Source: the human T2T-CHM13v2.0 reference genome, Homo sapiens
Direction: 5' to 3' (one strand)
NCBI RefSeq assembly: GCF_009914755.1
Contig: NC_060947.1
Length of the DNA: 64,000 bases
Shown here piece by piece: positions 12,121-25,349 of this stretch. The notes beneath the pieces are model-generated. The model was given only the letters and a program-made list of their open reading frames with translations, did not search any database and was not told the origin of the DNA. Every line of letters begins with the position of its first letter. The first letter of the stretch is position 1. The position numbers were made by a program, and so were the translations under genes.

Positions 12121-12428
12121 TATACTATACTACATTGCTAAGGTACTCTTTGCGCTTAGTCTCAAAAATTAAGGTTAATTTACATGTTTGAATTTATACT
12201 AAGTAAAACATTGGTGATAAGATTTGAAATGTTGCTTAGTTGTCAAAAAAAGTCTTATAATTTGTTCAACCTAGAGATAAGAAAAAGCATCTTAAAGTCC
12301 CCAAATCACAAACTGTAAGACAAAATTTTATGCATTGACTATATCAAGATAAAATATTTCAGGGTAGTAAATTACTCCAGTCAACTTACTGATAGTAGAT
12401 ACTTGCCATGTCTATAATTCCGAGGGGC

Positions 12429-12514
12429 TAATATTAGGTTGGTGCAAAGGTATTTGTGGCTTTTGCATTACTTTAATGACAAAAACCACAAATACCTTTG
12501 CACCAACCTAATAT
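12429..12514 (-). ncRNA. MIR548M: miR-548 family precursor, most likely hsa-mir-548m; mature 5p at 12500-12480
   Basis: Minus strand reads AUAUUAGGUUGGUG-CAAAGGUAUUUGUGGUUUUUG-UCAUUAAAGUAAUGCAAAAGCCACAAAUACCUUUGCACCAACCUAAUAUUA (86 nt); matches my recollection of the miR-548m precursor and mature sequence; 29-bp perfect stem. Confidence 0.8.
12434..12511. mobile_element. MADE1 (Hsmar1-derived MITE)
   Basis: TTAGGTTGGTGCAAA...TTTGCACCAACCTAA palindrome flanked by TA (12432-12433, 12512-12513). Confidence 0.95.
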
Positions 12515-13792
12515 CTAGAATAAACACCAACAAAAAAAACTCATATGAACCAACAAGAAAATAAAATCGTAAATTTAAGAAAATATAAGAATAAGCAAGT
12601 CAGAGAAGGGAAAATCTAATATCCAATAAGCATGAGAAAATATGTTCAAAATCACTAGTAATAAAAGGTATATTAAAACAATGCTTTGCCACTTTCCATT
12701 TATATTTGCAAAGATTAGAAAATTTTATAATGTTATATATTGACAAGGATGAGAAATCAGATTTCATTTATCATTGGTAGGCATGTAGACATGTGCAGCC
12801 ATTCTGAAGAGTAGTGTGACCGCAACTAACCAAATTAAGTGCATGCATATGCTATGACCTATTAACCTGGGTTAATACAGACCTCTCCTGGGTCTGTAAC
12901 CAAGAAGAATTCTCACATAGGATCATAGGAGAATATATGAGTATATTTATTGTAGCATTGCTTGTGATTATAGAAAGTTGGAAGAAAACTAGATCTCTCT
13001 CTCTCTCTAAAAACACAGATGAGTAATACATGGTGAATGTCACTTGTGGTTTCTGCTCAGAGATATAGAAAGTTGAAAAGAACATTACACCTCCTATGCT
13101 TACAATAAGAAATGTCAGAAACACTGAAAATTAAGGACTTTTTGTGAACCCATCAGAGAACTAAAGTCAAAGGCCAATTTACCCAAAACCTTGGAGAGAT
13201 TGGCTCCTGCAAGGAAAAATTAGACTCTAGCACTGGCTTATCTGGAGAAGATGTCAGTGAATGTTATACATTGAAGGAGACGCAGTTAAAAAGTTTTAAC
13301 AAACTGCTAAAGACTAAGAACATGAGCTAGGATTAGAGTGTAACGTCTTTAATGGTGTAAATACAGTGGGGTTAGCAGCGCGCTGAAAACTTTCTCATCA
13401 GGAACTTTACCAGGTGATCACAAGGAAGTGGGGAAAATCCCAAGAAAATTGGCTTCACAATACTGCCTAGGGGAAGGGGATAGGGGAAATTATATTCAGA
13501 CCCATCTTTCTTAACGCACTTATGAAAAAAAAAAAGCTTTAATATTCAGTAGGGAGGAACAACAAAACTGTACCCTTAGGACTTCAAAACAAGGAATGTT
13601 ATCAGGTATAAATAGAGATAGTAGATAATAATAAAAGAATCAATTCATCAAGAAGGCACATGCTTCCTAAATACATAAAATACATGAAGCAACACTCACA
13701 GAGCTGAAAAAACAAATAGCCACATCCACAATTAAAGTTGGAAACTTCAACAATTTTCTCAAAGGTATTGATAAATAAGTAGGCAGAAAAAC

Positions 13793-13864
13793 TATATATA
13801 TAAACTATATATAATATATAATGATATATATAAACTATATATATATACACACACATATATATAT
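13793..13864. repeat. (TA)n/(CA)n microsatellite
   Basis: Interrupted TA and CA runs. Confidence 0.85.
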
Positions 13865-14631
13865 TCTGAGCAACACTATCATTGATATTTATGGAACAAT
13901 CTACCTAACAATGGCAGAATGAATATACATTCTTCTGAAACGTACATGGGGCACAAACAAAGGTGGATGATATTCTGAACCATAAAGGAAAGCTTATAAA
14001 TTAAAATAAATAGAAATTATACAAAGTGTGTTCTAGACTAGACAAAGTAAAAATCCATTACAGAAAGACAATAGGAAAATTCAAGAACATTTGGGAATTA
14101 AATGCCAAACTTCTAAATAATCCATATATCAAAAAGGAAGTCTTAAGGGAAATTAAAATATTTTGAACTGAATAAAAATTAAAATATAACATATCCAAAT
14201 CTGTAGGATGCCACTAAAGTGGTGCTTAGAAGCAAATTGAATGCAAATAATACTTATAGAAAAAAAAAAAACCAAAAATCTAAAATCAGTAGCCACCCCG
14301 AGTAATAGAGAAGAGGAGTAAATTAAACTCAAAGTGAACAGAAGAAAGTAAATAATACAAATTAAAGCATAAATCAATTGAAAATAACAAAACTAGGAAA
14401 AAATAATGAACAAAAAGATGTTTCTTTGAAAACATCAATAAAATTGTTAAAACTCTAACCAGAGTAACTAAAATAAAAAGAGAGAAGACACAATTACCAA
14501 TATCAGGAATAAAAGAATGAACATCAATATTGACTCCACAGATGTGAAAATATAATAAGGAAATTATATTAACAACTTTATAATAATAAATTTAATACTG
14601 AAATGAAATGGACCAATTCCTCTAAATCTGC

Positions 14632-15627
14632 TGTGGTAAGCAGAATAATGACTCTTCAAAAAATGTTCATTTCCTAATACCCAGAACTCACGAATCTATA
14701 ACTTTACTTGTCAAAGTCACCTTGAATGTGTGAGTAAAGTGAAACATCTTGAAATGGAAAACTTATTCTGGATTTTCTGGTTTAGTCCAACCCAATCATA
14801 TAAATTCTTAACAGCAGAGAACATTTCCTGGATAAAGTCAGAATGAAAGATAAAGTAGGCAGAACAGTGTCCACACCCAAAGATGTACATATTCTAAACC
14901 TTGGAATTTATGAATATTTTACCTTACATAGCAGACAAAGTTTGCTGATGTGATAAAGTTAAGGATTTTGAAATGGGAGAATATTCTGAATTGTCCAATG
15001 TCCCCTATGTAATCGCAAGAGTCTTTATAAGAGAAAGACTGGAGGGTTAGCATTAGAGGAGGACAGGTAACAACGGAAAAAGGAGTCAGAGTAATACAGG
15101 ACTATGTTCCAAATAATGCAGGTAATCTCTAAAAACTGAAAAAGGCAAGAAAATTAATTTCTCCTTAAAGCATTCAAAAGAAATGCCATTAATGCTGCTG
15201 AACTACTTTGGACATCCAAGTTTCAAAACTGTGAGATAATTAATTTGTATTGTTTGATGCCACTAAGTTTGTTAAGATTTGTTATAGCAGCAGTAGAAAA
15301 CATACAAGATGTGATCATAGAAGACAGCCAGAAAGAGATTTGATATAGCTAAACTTGAAGATGGCTTCCTTGAAAACAAACAATGCAAGTGGCCATTAGA
15401 AGCTGGAAAAAGCAAAAACAACAAAAACAACAACAACAACAACAAAAACAGATTATCCCTTAGAGCCCCCCAAAATATAAAAATAAACACAGTCCTGACA
15501 ACACCTTGATTTTAGCCCAATGAGTCACATGTCAGACTTCTGACTTTCAGAAGTGTAAGATCATACATTTGCATCAAGACACTAAGAATGTGATGATTTG
15601 TCACAGCAGCAGTAGAAAAGTAATATG
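14632..15627 (+). mobile_element. MLT1D-like MaLR LTR (outer), split by a second MLT1D-like LTR
   Basis: TGTGGTAAGCAGAATAATG start; ..CACAGCAGCAGTAGAAAAGTAATA end. Confidence 0.75.
14852..15306 (+). mobile_element. MLT1D-like MaLR LTR (inner)
   Basis: GTAGGCAGAACAGTG..CCCAAAGATGTACATATTCTAA..TTTGTTATAGCAGCAGTAGAAAACATACA. Confidence 0.75.
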
Positions 15628-18600
15628 GTCATAAACTACTAAAGCTCATCAATAATGGAAAACAACAAATAGTCCTAAATCTTAAAAAAAAAATTGTAAT
15701 TGTACTTTAAAACCTTCCAATAAAGAAAATTCTAAACTCAATGATTTCACTGACAAATTCTACCAAACATTTGAGGAAGAAATACTACCAATTCTACAAA
15801 ATTTATTCTAGAAAATAGAAGAGGAAGAAACACATTTGAACTCATTTCTTCATGGCATTATTATTCTTTTACCAAAATCACATAAAGACATTGAAAAAGG
15901 AAAATATTAATATCCTTCATGATAATGGATACAGAAATTCTCAACAAAATATTAGCTATTAAAATTCAGAAACATATATAAAAGGATAGTATAACTTGAA
16001 AAAAAAGGATTTTTTCAGGAATGCAGGACTAGTCCAAAATTGAAATATTAATGTAATTTGCCTTATTAAGTGGCTGCAAATGAAAACCCACACAATTAAA
16101 AAAAAATCTTTTTCATGGCAGCATGAAAAAAAAATAAAACTCACACATCTCAATAAATGCGGGAAAAAAATGTAAAAACTCTCAATGAACTAGTAATAAA
16201 AGTGAAGTTATTTAATTTACAAAAGGTCATCTATCAAGAACGTTCTCTCCCACCTGTCCTAATAAACATTATATTCAAAGTCCTAGTGGAGTAATCAGTC
16301 AAGAAAAAGAAATAAGACTTTAAAGATTTTTAAGGGAGAAATTAAACTGTCTCCATAAGATAACATTATTTTTCATACAGAAAATTCAAAAAAGGGTACA
16401 AAAAAGCTGTATAAACTAATAAACAAGTTTATAAGTTCCCATGATACAAGGTCAATATATGTCTATTGTATTCTTATATACGAACAATAAAAATCAATGT
16501 CATTTAAAGTTGCATAAAAATAAAAAAACATAGTTGAAGAATAATAAATTAAGTGCAGACTCTGTATAGAGTGAACGGAAAAACACTGATGAATGCAGTA
16601 AATGAATAGAAACACATAATTTTCATAGACTGCAATGCTTAATATTGGTAAGATGTCATTTTCCCCAAATTTTATCTGTAGATTCAACAGTCTATAGGGG
16701 ATTAAGAATCTCAACAAATATTCTTGTATATAATGAGAAGCAGAAACTAAAATGTATAAGAAAGGGCAAAAAATAGAATAACGAAAAGAATTCTGAAAAA
16801 GGACAAAGTCGAAGCTATATTATCTGGTTTCAAGATTTATAAAGTTACAATAATTAAGACAGCATGGTATTGGCAAAGGATAGCCACCTGTATCAGTGGA
16901 ACACAGCAGAGAGCCACAAAATAGACCAAAACAAATATAGTCAAGTAGATTTCGACAAGGAAGAAGATGCAGAATAAACTGTGCATATCCTTAGGTTTGG
17001 TGTTGAGATTTTAGATATGATATCAAAAGCAAAAGATATAAAAAACACTAATAAGTCAGATTTTTGTTTTGTGAAAGAAAAAATAGAAAAATAGGGATAA
17101 ACAGAACCTAAAGCTAGCAGAAGAAAATAATAAACATGAGAACATAGAGGAAGATAACAGAGAATAGAAAAACAATAAAATGTCAATGAAACCATGAGCT
17201 GGCTCTTTAAAAACAGCAACAAAATAGACAAAATTTCAGCTAGACTGAATGAGAAAAAAATCAATAGTATGTGGGGTGGAGCAAGATGTTAGAATAGAAG
17301 GTTCCACTCATCACCACTCCCCTAACACAGACACCAATTTAACAAGTATCTGCAGAATAAAAGCTCCTTCTTAAGAACAACAACAACAAAAAGAGATGAG
17401 CACTCCCAGTACCGGGTTCTAAATTTATATTGCTGAAAGAGGCACTTAGGAGGCAGGAAAAACAGTTTTCAATTGCCAACGCCATTCTTTCCTCATCGAC
17501 TGGCAGTGGCAGCATAGTGCTGAGAGCATTTTTGTGAGCTGTGAAGAAGGAGAGTGCAGCAACTGGGACGCATTAAATTCAGTGCTGCCCTATTATAACA
17601 GAAAACAAACTGAACCAAACTCAGCTGATGCCTGCTCATGGAGGGAGCATTTAATCCAGCCATAGCCAGAAGGGAATTGCTGATCCCAGTAGTCAAAAAT
17701 TGAGTTCCTGCAAACCTCACGACTTCGGGATAAAGGGCTCTGGGGCCCCAAATAAACTTGAAAGGCAGTCTAGGCCACAAGAACTGCAACTCCCAGAGGA
17801 GTCCGAGTGCTGAACTGTGTCTTGAACTGGTAGCCTAGAGGGACATGTAACCTACTTACACACCAGCCAGGGTGGCTACGAAAGTGCTAGCATCACCACC
17901 ACACTAACCTCAGGCTACACAGTTCATGGCTTGAAAAGAGACCTGTTCCCTCTGCTGAAGGAAAAAAAAAATGGAGAGGACTTTGTTTTGCACCTTGGGT
18001 ACCAGCTCAACCACAGCAGTGTAGGACATTGGTCAGAGTCATGAGGACCCCTTTCCAGGCACTAGCTCTTGGGTGACATTTCTAGAAACAACCTCAGCCA
18101 TAAAAGAACATGATGCCTTGAAGAAAAGGACACAGTCCAGGCAGGATTCACCACCAGTTAGCTGAAGAGCACTTGGGCTCACAAAAGCCAGAAGTGATAT
18201 CCAGGTACTATGTCAAGGACCTTGCATGAGCCTCTGGAACTTGCTGGCTTCAGGTGAGACTTAGCACATTTGCACGTGTGGTGACTATAGGGGAAGGCTC
18301 CTTCTGCTTGAGAAAAATGGAGAGAAAAGTAAAGGGGACTTTGTCTTGCTCCTTAGGTACCAGCTCAAACACAAGGAGGTAGAACACTAAGTAGGCTCTT
18401 GGGGTCTTAGATATCAGGACTTGGCTCTTAGATAGCATTTCTGGACCTGCCCTGGGCCATAGGGGAGCCCACTGCCCTGAAGGGTGGGTTCCAGGCCTGG
18501 CAGAATTCATCATAAGCTGACTTAAGAGACCCTGGGCCTTAAGGGGATATAGGCAGAAATCTGGCAATACTCCCTATGGGACTGCAATAGTGGTGACACT

Positions 18601-19946
18601 GGGTGATGCTCCTCTATATTTGGAAAGAGGAGGGAAGAGAGGGAAAAACTATGTCTTGTGGTTCGAGTCCCAGCTCAGCCACAGTAAAATAGAATACCAG
18701 GTAGACTTCTGAGATTTTTGATTCTAGGCCTTGGCTGCCAGATGGCAACTCTAGACCTGCCCACCACCTGAGGAAACTCATCATCCTGAAAGGAAATACA
18801 CAGGTCTGGCTGACTTTGCTAACTGCTGATTGTAGAGCACCAATGCCTTGAAAGAACATTTGCAGTAGCCAGGGAGTGGTTAGAGCATGCATTGGGCAAG
18901 ACCCAAGGCTGTGCTGCATTCAGGTAGGACCCAGCGCAGTCCTACAGTTGTGGCCACAAGGGTACTTATGTTGCTCCACCCCCAGCTTTAGGTAGCTCAG
19001 AACACACACAGAGAGAGACTATGTTTGTTTAGGGGAAAATAAGAAAAAGAGAACAAGAGTGTCTCCTGGTAATCCAGACAAGTCTCCTGGTTCTTGCCCA
19101 AAACCATCAAGGCAGTGCCTCCATGAGTTTGCAAGAATAAGAGTGTTACTGGGCTGGGGTTTCCCTCTAAAGCAGATACGGCTTTGATTACAACACCCAA
19201 GATCTTTGGAATATCTAGAGAGCCTCTTCAGAAGAATGATTACCAATAAGCCCAGACTGAGATGACTATAATAGATAACTAATTATTCAATGCTCAAACA
19301 CAGACAAATATCAAGACCATCCAGGAAACCATGACCTCACCAAACAAATTAAATTAAAAAAAAGGCCAGTCTTGAAGAAACAGATGTATTTGACCTTTCA
19401 GATAGATAGAGAATTCACCATAACCATTTTGAGGAAAATCAATGAAATTCAAGATAACACTGATAAAGTATTCAGAATCCTATCAGATAAATTAAACAAA
19501 GGGATTGAAAAAAATTAAAAGCAGCAGAAATTCTACAGTTGAAAAATGCTGTATTTTTCATACTGAATTTATAAATAGCAGAAATGATCAAGTTAAAGGA
19601 AGAGTTATTGACCTTAATGGCAAACTATCTAAAAATACACAGTCAGAGGAGATGAAATAAAAAAGAATTAAAAAAAAATTTCTAGATGTCATATGATCTA
19701 GAAAACAGAAAATAACCTCAAAAGAGCAAAGATAGGAGATATAACCCTTAAAGAGGAAATAAAGAGATGGGGGCAGTAAGTTTATTTGAAGGGATAATAA
19801 CACAGAAATCCCAAACCTAGAAAAGGTTATCAATATCCATATACAAGAAGGTTATAGAACAGCAGTCAGAATAAACCCAAAGAAGACTATTACCTTAAGA
19901 CATTTAATAATCCAATTCCCAAAGGTCAAGTATAAAGAAAGGATCT

Positions 19947-20485
19947 TGCCAGGGCAATCAAGCAAGAGAAATAAATAAATCGTATTCAAATAGGAAGAGA
20001 GGAACTCAAATTGTCTCTGTTTGCAGACGACATAATTGTATATTTAGGAAACTCCATTGTCTTAGCCCCAAAACTCCTTAAGCTGATAATCAACTTCAGC
20101 AAAGTCTCAGGATGCAAAATCAATGTGCAAAAATCACAATCACAATCATTCTTATACACCAATAATAGACAAGCAGAGAGCCAAATCATGAGTGAACTCC
20201 CATTCACAATTGCTAGAAGTGGGAGTTTAACAATGAAAACACATGGACACAGGGAGAGGAATATAACACACCAGGGCCTGTCGAGGGTTTGGGGGAAAGG
20301 GGAGGGAGAGCATTAGGACAAATAATGCATGAGGTGCTTAAAACCTAGATGACGGGTTGATAGGTGCAGCAAACCACCATGGCACATGTATACCTGTGTA
20401 ACACACCTGCACATTCAGGACATGTGTCCCAGAACTTAAAGTAAAATAAAAAAATAATAATACAAATAAATTTTTAAAAAATAAA
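19947..20485 (+). mobile_element. 5'-truncated, internally deleted L1PA7/8-like element
   Basis: RT segment SLFADD (20011..) joined at ~20215 directly to the 3' UTR (AAGTGGGAG..AACCTAGATGACGGGTTGATAGGTGCAGCAAACCACCATGG..A-tail). Confidence 0.9.
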
Positions 20486-23400
20486 TTCAAAGTAAAAATG
20501 TCACCAGTAATTCAAATTTGGAAATGTCCCCCTCTAGCTGTTGATATAGCTTGTTACAGGCTCTTTATTAAGAGAAGCAAACTTGAGATACATATTTCTA
20601 TAGAAACATTCCTCAAAGAAGTTGATTAGAAGGCATAAAAGTAAAAATTACAATCTCTTAATCTTACCCTTGTAAAATTATTACCAAGCTATTCTCAGTA
20701 GCTAAACCACTACTTTTATTTTTACAAATGTCAATCAAGCTGAGAGAAGTAGATCATATGTTATTATTTTATACATGAATTTGTCTATATATAATGTTTC
20801 ATATAGTTTTAAATGTTTTAAAAGATGAAAAAAAAAAGATCCTAAAAGCAGCAAGAGAAAATAAAAAAAATAAGAAAAAAAAAAATGGCAGATAGGAGGC
20901 AGGACTAACTTGCAACTCCCACTCGGATGGACAGAACAGAATTTGGAGACTTACATCGTGAACTTCAAAAACTACTGCAGGAACATACCAGGAAAGCCTA
21001 GAGGATCCACAGACCCTTTGAAAAAGGTGAATTGCTGCTACAGGCTCCACGGACAGCCAAAGAACTGTGAGTCGGCTTGTTTTCTCAGCTGGGAGGCTTG
21101 TAGCCTAAGGCAAGTTCTCAGCACTGCTCATGGGCTGCCTGGAAATAAACTCAGTGCTTCTGGGAGTGAGACCAGCCTTCTGGGCTGCAGGTTGCATGGG
21201 AGCTGGGTGAGGTTTGTGCCTGCTGGCTTTCCCCTACTCTTCTGGTGACCTGTGTGATGCAGCAGAGGCAGCCATAATCCCCCTGGGAACATAACTTCGT
21301 TGGCCAGAGAACTACACCTCCGTCCCACGCAGCAGGTGCAACAAGACCCGCTGGAGGAAGGTCTGAGCTCAGACATGCCTAACCCTTCCCCCACCTGATG
21401 ATGTTTCTCTACCTGCCTTGGTAGCCAAAGACAAAGGGCAATAGAGCTCTGGGGAAGCTTCATGGCCCTGCCCACCACCTGGCCTTAAGGCAAGCTTGTA
21501 TCCTCCCTATACTACTGCAGCTGATGCACTCTCGAAGTTTACATCTCCTGGTTGGAGACCAACAAACACAAAACCAGCACACTTAACAAAAATACAACCA
21601 AGGACCCTCACATAGTCTACTTCACTTTCCTGCTGCCTCCACTGGAGCAGGTGCTGGTATCCACAGCTGAGAGCCCTGAAGACAGAACACATCCCAGGAC
21701 TCTTTTCTGACACTCCCCAGTACCAGCCCAGAGCCCATTACCTCTGCTGGGTGGCTAGATTCAGAAGAAAAATAACAGTCACTGCAGTTTGCTTCTCAGA
21801 AACCCTCATCCCTGGGAGAAGAAAGAGAGCACCAAATCAAGAGAGAACCTTGTGGGAAAAAAGAATCTGAACTGTAGCCCTTGAGTTCTATATCCTCCCT
21901 CTTACGTAGTCTACCCAAATAAGAAAAAAACAGAAAATCAATTTTGGTAATATGACAAAACAAGATTCTTTAACTCCCCCAAAATATCAGACTAGCTTAT
22001 GAGGTATAGATCCAAACCAAGAAGAAATCTCTAAATTGCCAGAAAAAGTATTCAGAAGGTTTATTATTAAGCTAATCAAGGAAGCAGCAGAGAAAGGTTA
22101 AGTCCACCTTAAAGAAATTTAGAAAATACAGGATATAAATGGAAAAATCTCCAGTGAGATAGATAGCATAGATAAAAATAATAACTTCTGGAAATAAAGG
22201 ACATACTTAGAGAAATGCAGAATGCACTGGAAAGTCTCAGGAACAGAATTGAAGAAGTAGAATAACTTCAGGGCTTGAAGAAAAGGTTTTTGAATTATCC
22301 CAATCCCACAAAGACAAAGAACAAAAATAATTTAAAAAAGGAATGAAGCCTCCAAAAAGATCGGGATTGTGTTAAATGACCAGACCTAAGAATAATTGGT
22401 GTTCCTGAGGAATAAGAGAAATCTAAAAGTTTGAAAAACATATTTGAGGGGATAATCAAGAAAAACTTCCCCATCCTTGCTAGAGATCTAAACATCCAAA
22501 TACAAGAAGCTCAAAGAACATCTGGGAAATTCATCATGACAAGATCGCCTCGGCACATAGTCATCAGGTTAGTATCTAAAGTCAAGACGAAAAGAAAAGA
22601 ATCTTAAGAGCTGTGAGGCAAAAGCATCAGGTAACCTAAAAGGGAAAACCTATGAGATTAACAGCAGATTTCTCCACAGAAATCTTACAAGCCAGAAGGT
22701 ATTAGTGTCCTCTCTTTAGCTGCCTTGAATGAAACAATTATCAGCCAAGAGTTTTGTATCCAGAGAAACTAAGCTTCATAAATGAAGGAAACGTAATCTT
22801 TTCAGATAAGCAAATGCTAAGAGAATTCGCCAATACCAAGCCAACACTACAAGAACTGCTAAAATAAGCTCTAAATTTTGAAACAAATTCTCAAAATACA
22901 CCAAAATAGAACCTCCTTAAAACATAAATCTCACAGGACCTATAAAACAATAACACAATGAAACAACAACAACAACAAGGTATCCAGGCAACAAATAGCA
23001 CAATGAGTAGAATAGTACCTAACATCTCAATATTAACATTGAATGTAAATGGCCTAAATGCTTCACTTACAAGATAGAGAATAACAGAATGGATGAGAAT
23101 TCACCAACCGAGTGTCTGCTGTCTTCAAGAGACTCACCTGACACATAAGTCCTCACATAAACTTAAGGTAAAGGAGTGGAAAAAGATATTCTGATATTCT
23201 ATGCAAAAGGACACCAAAAGTAAGCAGAAGTAGCTATTTTTATATCAGACAAAACAAACTTCAAAACAACAGCAGTTTGAAAAGACAGAGAGGGACATTA
23301 AATAATAATAAGACTAGTCAAAAAGGAATATATCACAATTCTAAGTATATATGTACGTAAAACTAGAGCTCTGAAATGTAAAGAACATTTACTACTAGAC

Positions 23401-25349
23401 CTAAAGAATGAGATAGACAGCAATGATATTTCTCCCATGACTGGAGAAACATCAGGGTCCTTGGTCTCATGCCAGTATGATTAATGACACAGACACATGT
23501 GGAGTGGTTTTAAGGAGTGGAAAGTTTAATAGGCAAGAAAGAGGAAAGAAAGAAAATGGATCCCCTGTACAGAGGGAGGGGGACTCCCAACAGAGAAACC
23601 CTACATGTGGCAGAAAGCAGTTGGTTATAGTGGGAGGCTGGTGGAGGCAGTACCTGATTTGCATAGGGCCCAGGGGATTGGTTTGTCCAGGTATGTCATT
23701 CACATAGCTTGTGAAAAAAACAGTCTCTCCAATCCTAGCCTTTTAATGTGCAAATGTGGGACACCATGATATCCTCCACATGTGATATTATCTGGAGGTG
23801 GCCATGACACCTGGCACTTGTGGCGACAAGAAGAGGGCAGAAATCACCATGTTGGGTGGACCTGGTTTTGAGCCAGTGGCATTTGCCTATCAATGCTTGC
23901 TGGCCTGATCTTTCAATCTGCTTTCTGTTAGAAAGAAAATGGTTTAGGGGATTGCTTTTTGCTAAAGGAAAATTCCACTGAGAACATTCACCCTTTCTAG
24001 CTGGCTAAAAGTTATTTCTTAATAACTCCTATATTATTCCCCACTCAACTGCTGTTAGGGGGTGATGGATGACAATTCTTTCTGGCTACTTCCTGCTGAA
24101 AAGGGGCATTGTGTGGGGAGACAGCAATTGGGCCTTCTCCTGAGGTTGATCTAAGGGTTCTCGGAAGAATGGCACGTCCATGTGTGGCTCCGCTTGCAGC
24201 ACTGTTTGGAGATTGATTGCTTCTAGGTGAAAAAAGACATGTTTTACAAGAAGGTTTAAAATATAGGGTTAAAATATGAGTATTAACATTACCACTATTA
24301 GTGGTGGTCCTATAGACCATAACTGACAGCAGAGTTTTACACCCGTTAGTTATACCAATGGATTAAAATACCGGTTTGCTTCCACTAGGTGTTGCTGTAC
24401 ATTACCAGAAACGTTAATATAAAAGTAACAGTTTCCTTGAGAAAATCATACATTTCCCCCTTGACTTTCCATTAGAGAATAATTTTAGGCTTAGGTCATT
24501 TTTTATAACTTGCAATATAATTGGGAGAAATACGTTATTGGGTGGCTGACATAACTTTAGTGTTAATCTTGACAATTCCTTTCCTTTAATTATGTAATTA
24601 TTTCATGACTTTCACAGACCTTCTTACAACATACTCAAACTTTCTGACTTGTCCTAACATCCTTCCTTTAAACAACCAGTCATTTCCTGTTAGGACAAGA
24701 ATTTACCATATAAAACTTCTCCCTTTATAACCTTCTTTTCATAGCTTAGAGTGCACCATATTACCAGTCTTCAATAAAAAGCCCTATCAAGCTTAACGAT
24801 AGTAAAACTTTCATGCTTACTTCTTATCCGTAACTATTACTCCTGCTATAAGCAAAACAACTTTAACTAAATATTTCCTGCAATTATTAATTTGGTTATA
24901 AGGATGATAACCAGTTAAAATATTTCAGCAATTAGAATTTTACAACCAGAATTCCACATTGTGGGTTGCCACAGTGTACAGTTCTATTGCAAATAGTAGC
25001 ATGACTATAACCATTCCCAGAAGAGTGATGTAGTAAATAATTTTCATTTAAAACTTTACTTGCCAAGATATAAGATTTCCCTTTGGGGATCTACGAAGTT
25101 ACAAATGCAATTCTATGAATAATTAAAATCTCCCTGCAAATATGTGTTAAAAAGACAGTCGGTGGTGAATTTCAGAGGAAAGGGCAGAAATAATAAAAAG
25201 TATCTGGGGCGGTAGGAGTGGGACTGAGTAAGATGAGTAGCCCTCACTCAGTTACGTTTTTAAATGATTTTCAGCTTAAGATCTTCTATTTCTTCACATG
25301 GATATCCAGGACGTTCCTCTGGGCTGTCAGGGGTTGCTCCCTCAGCTTT

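Larger units (their letters stand above)
12230..13070 (+). mobile_element. Old L1ME-type 3' region hosting the MADE1
   Basis: Decayed ORF2 end (AATAAGCATGAGAAAATATGTTCAAAATCACTAGTAAT..ATATTTATTGTAGCATTG). Confidence 0.65.
13080..17265 (+). mobile_element. Old L1M (MC/MD-type) pieces: 5' region and decayed ORF2, interrupted by MLT1 LTRs
   Basis: Endonuclease-region remnants (TCAATTCATCAAGAAG..GTTGGAAACTTCAAC), RT-region remnants (TTCACTGACAAATTCTACCAAACATTTGAGG). Confidence 0.75.
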
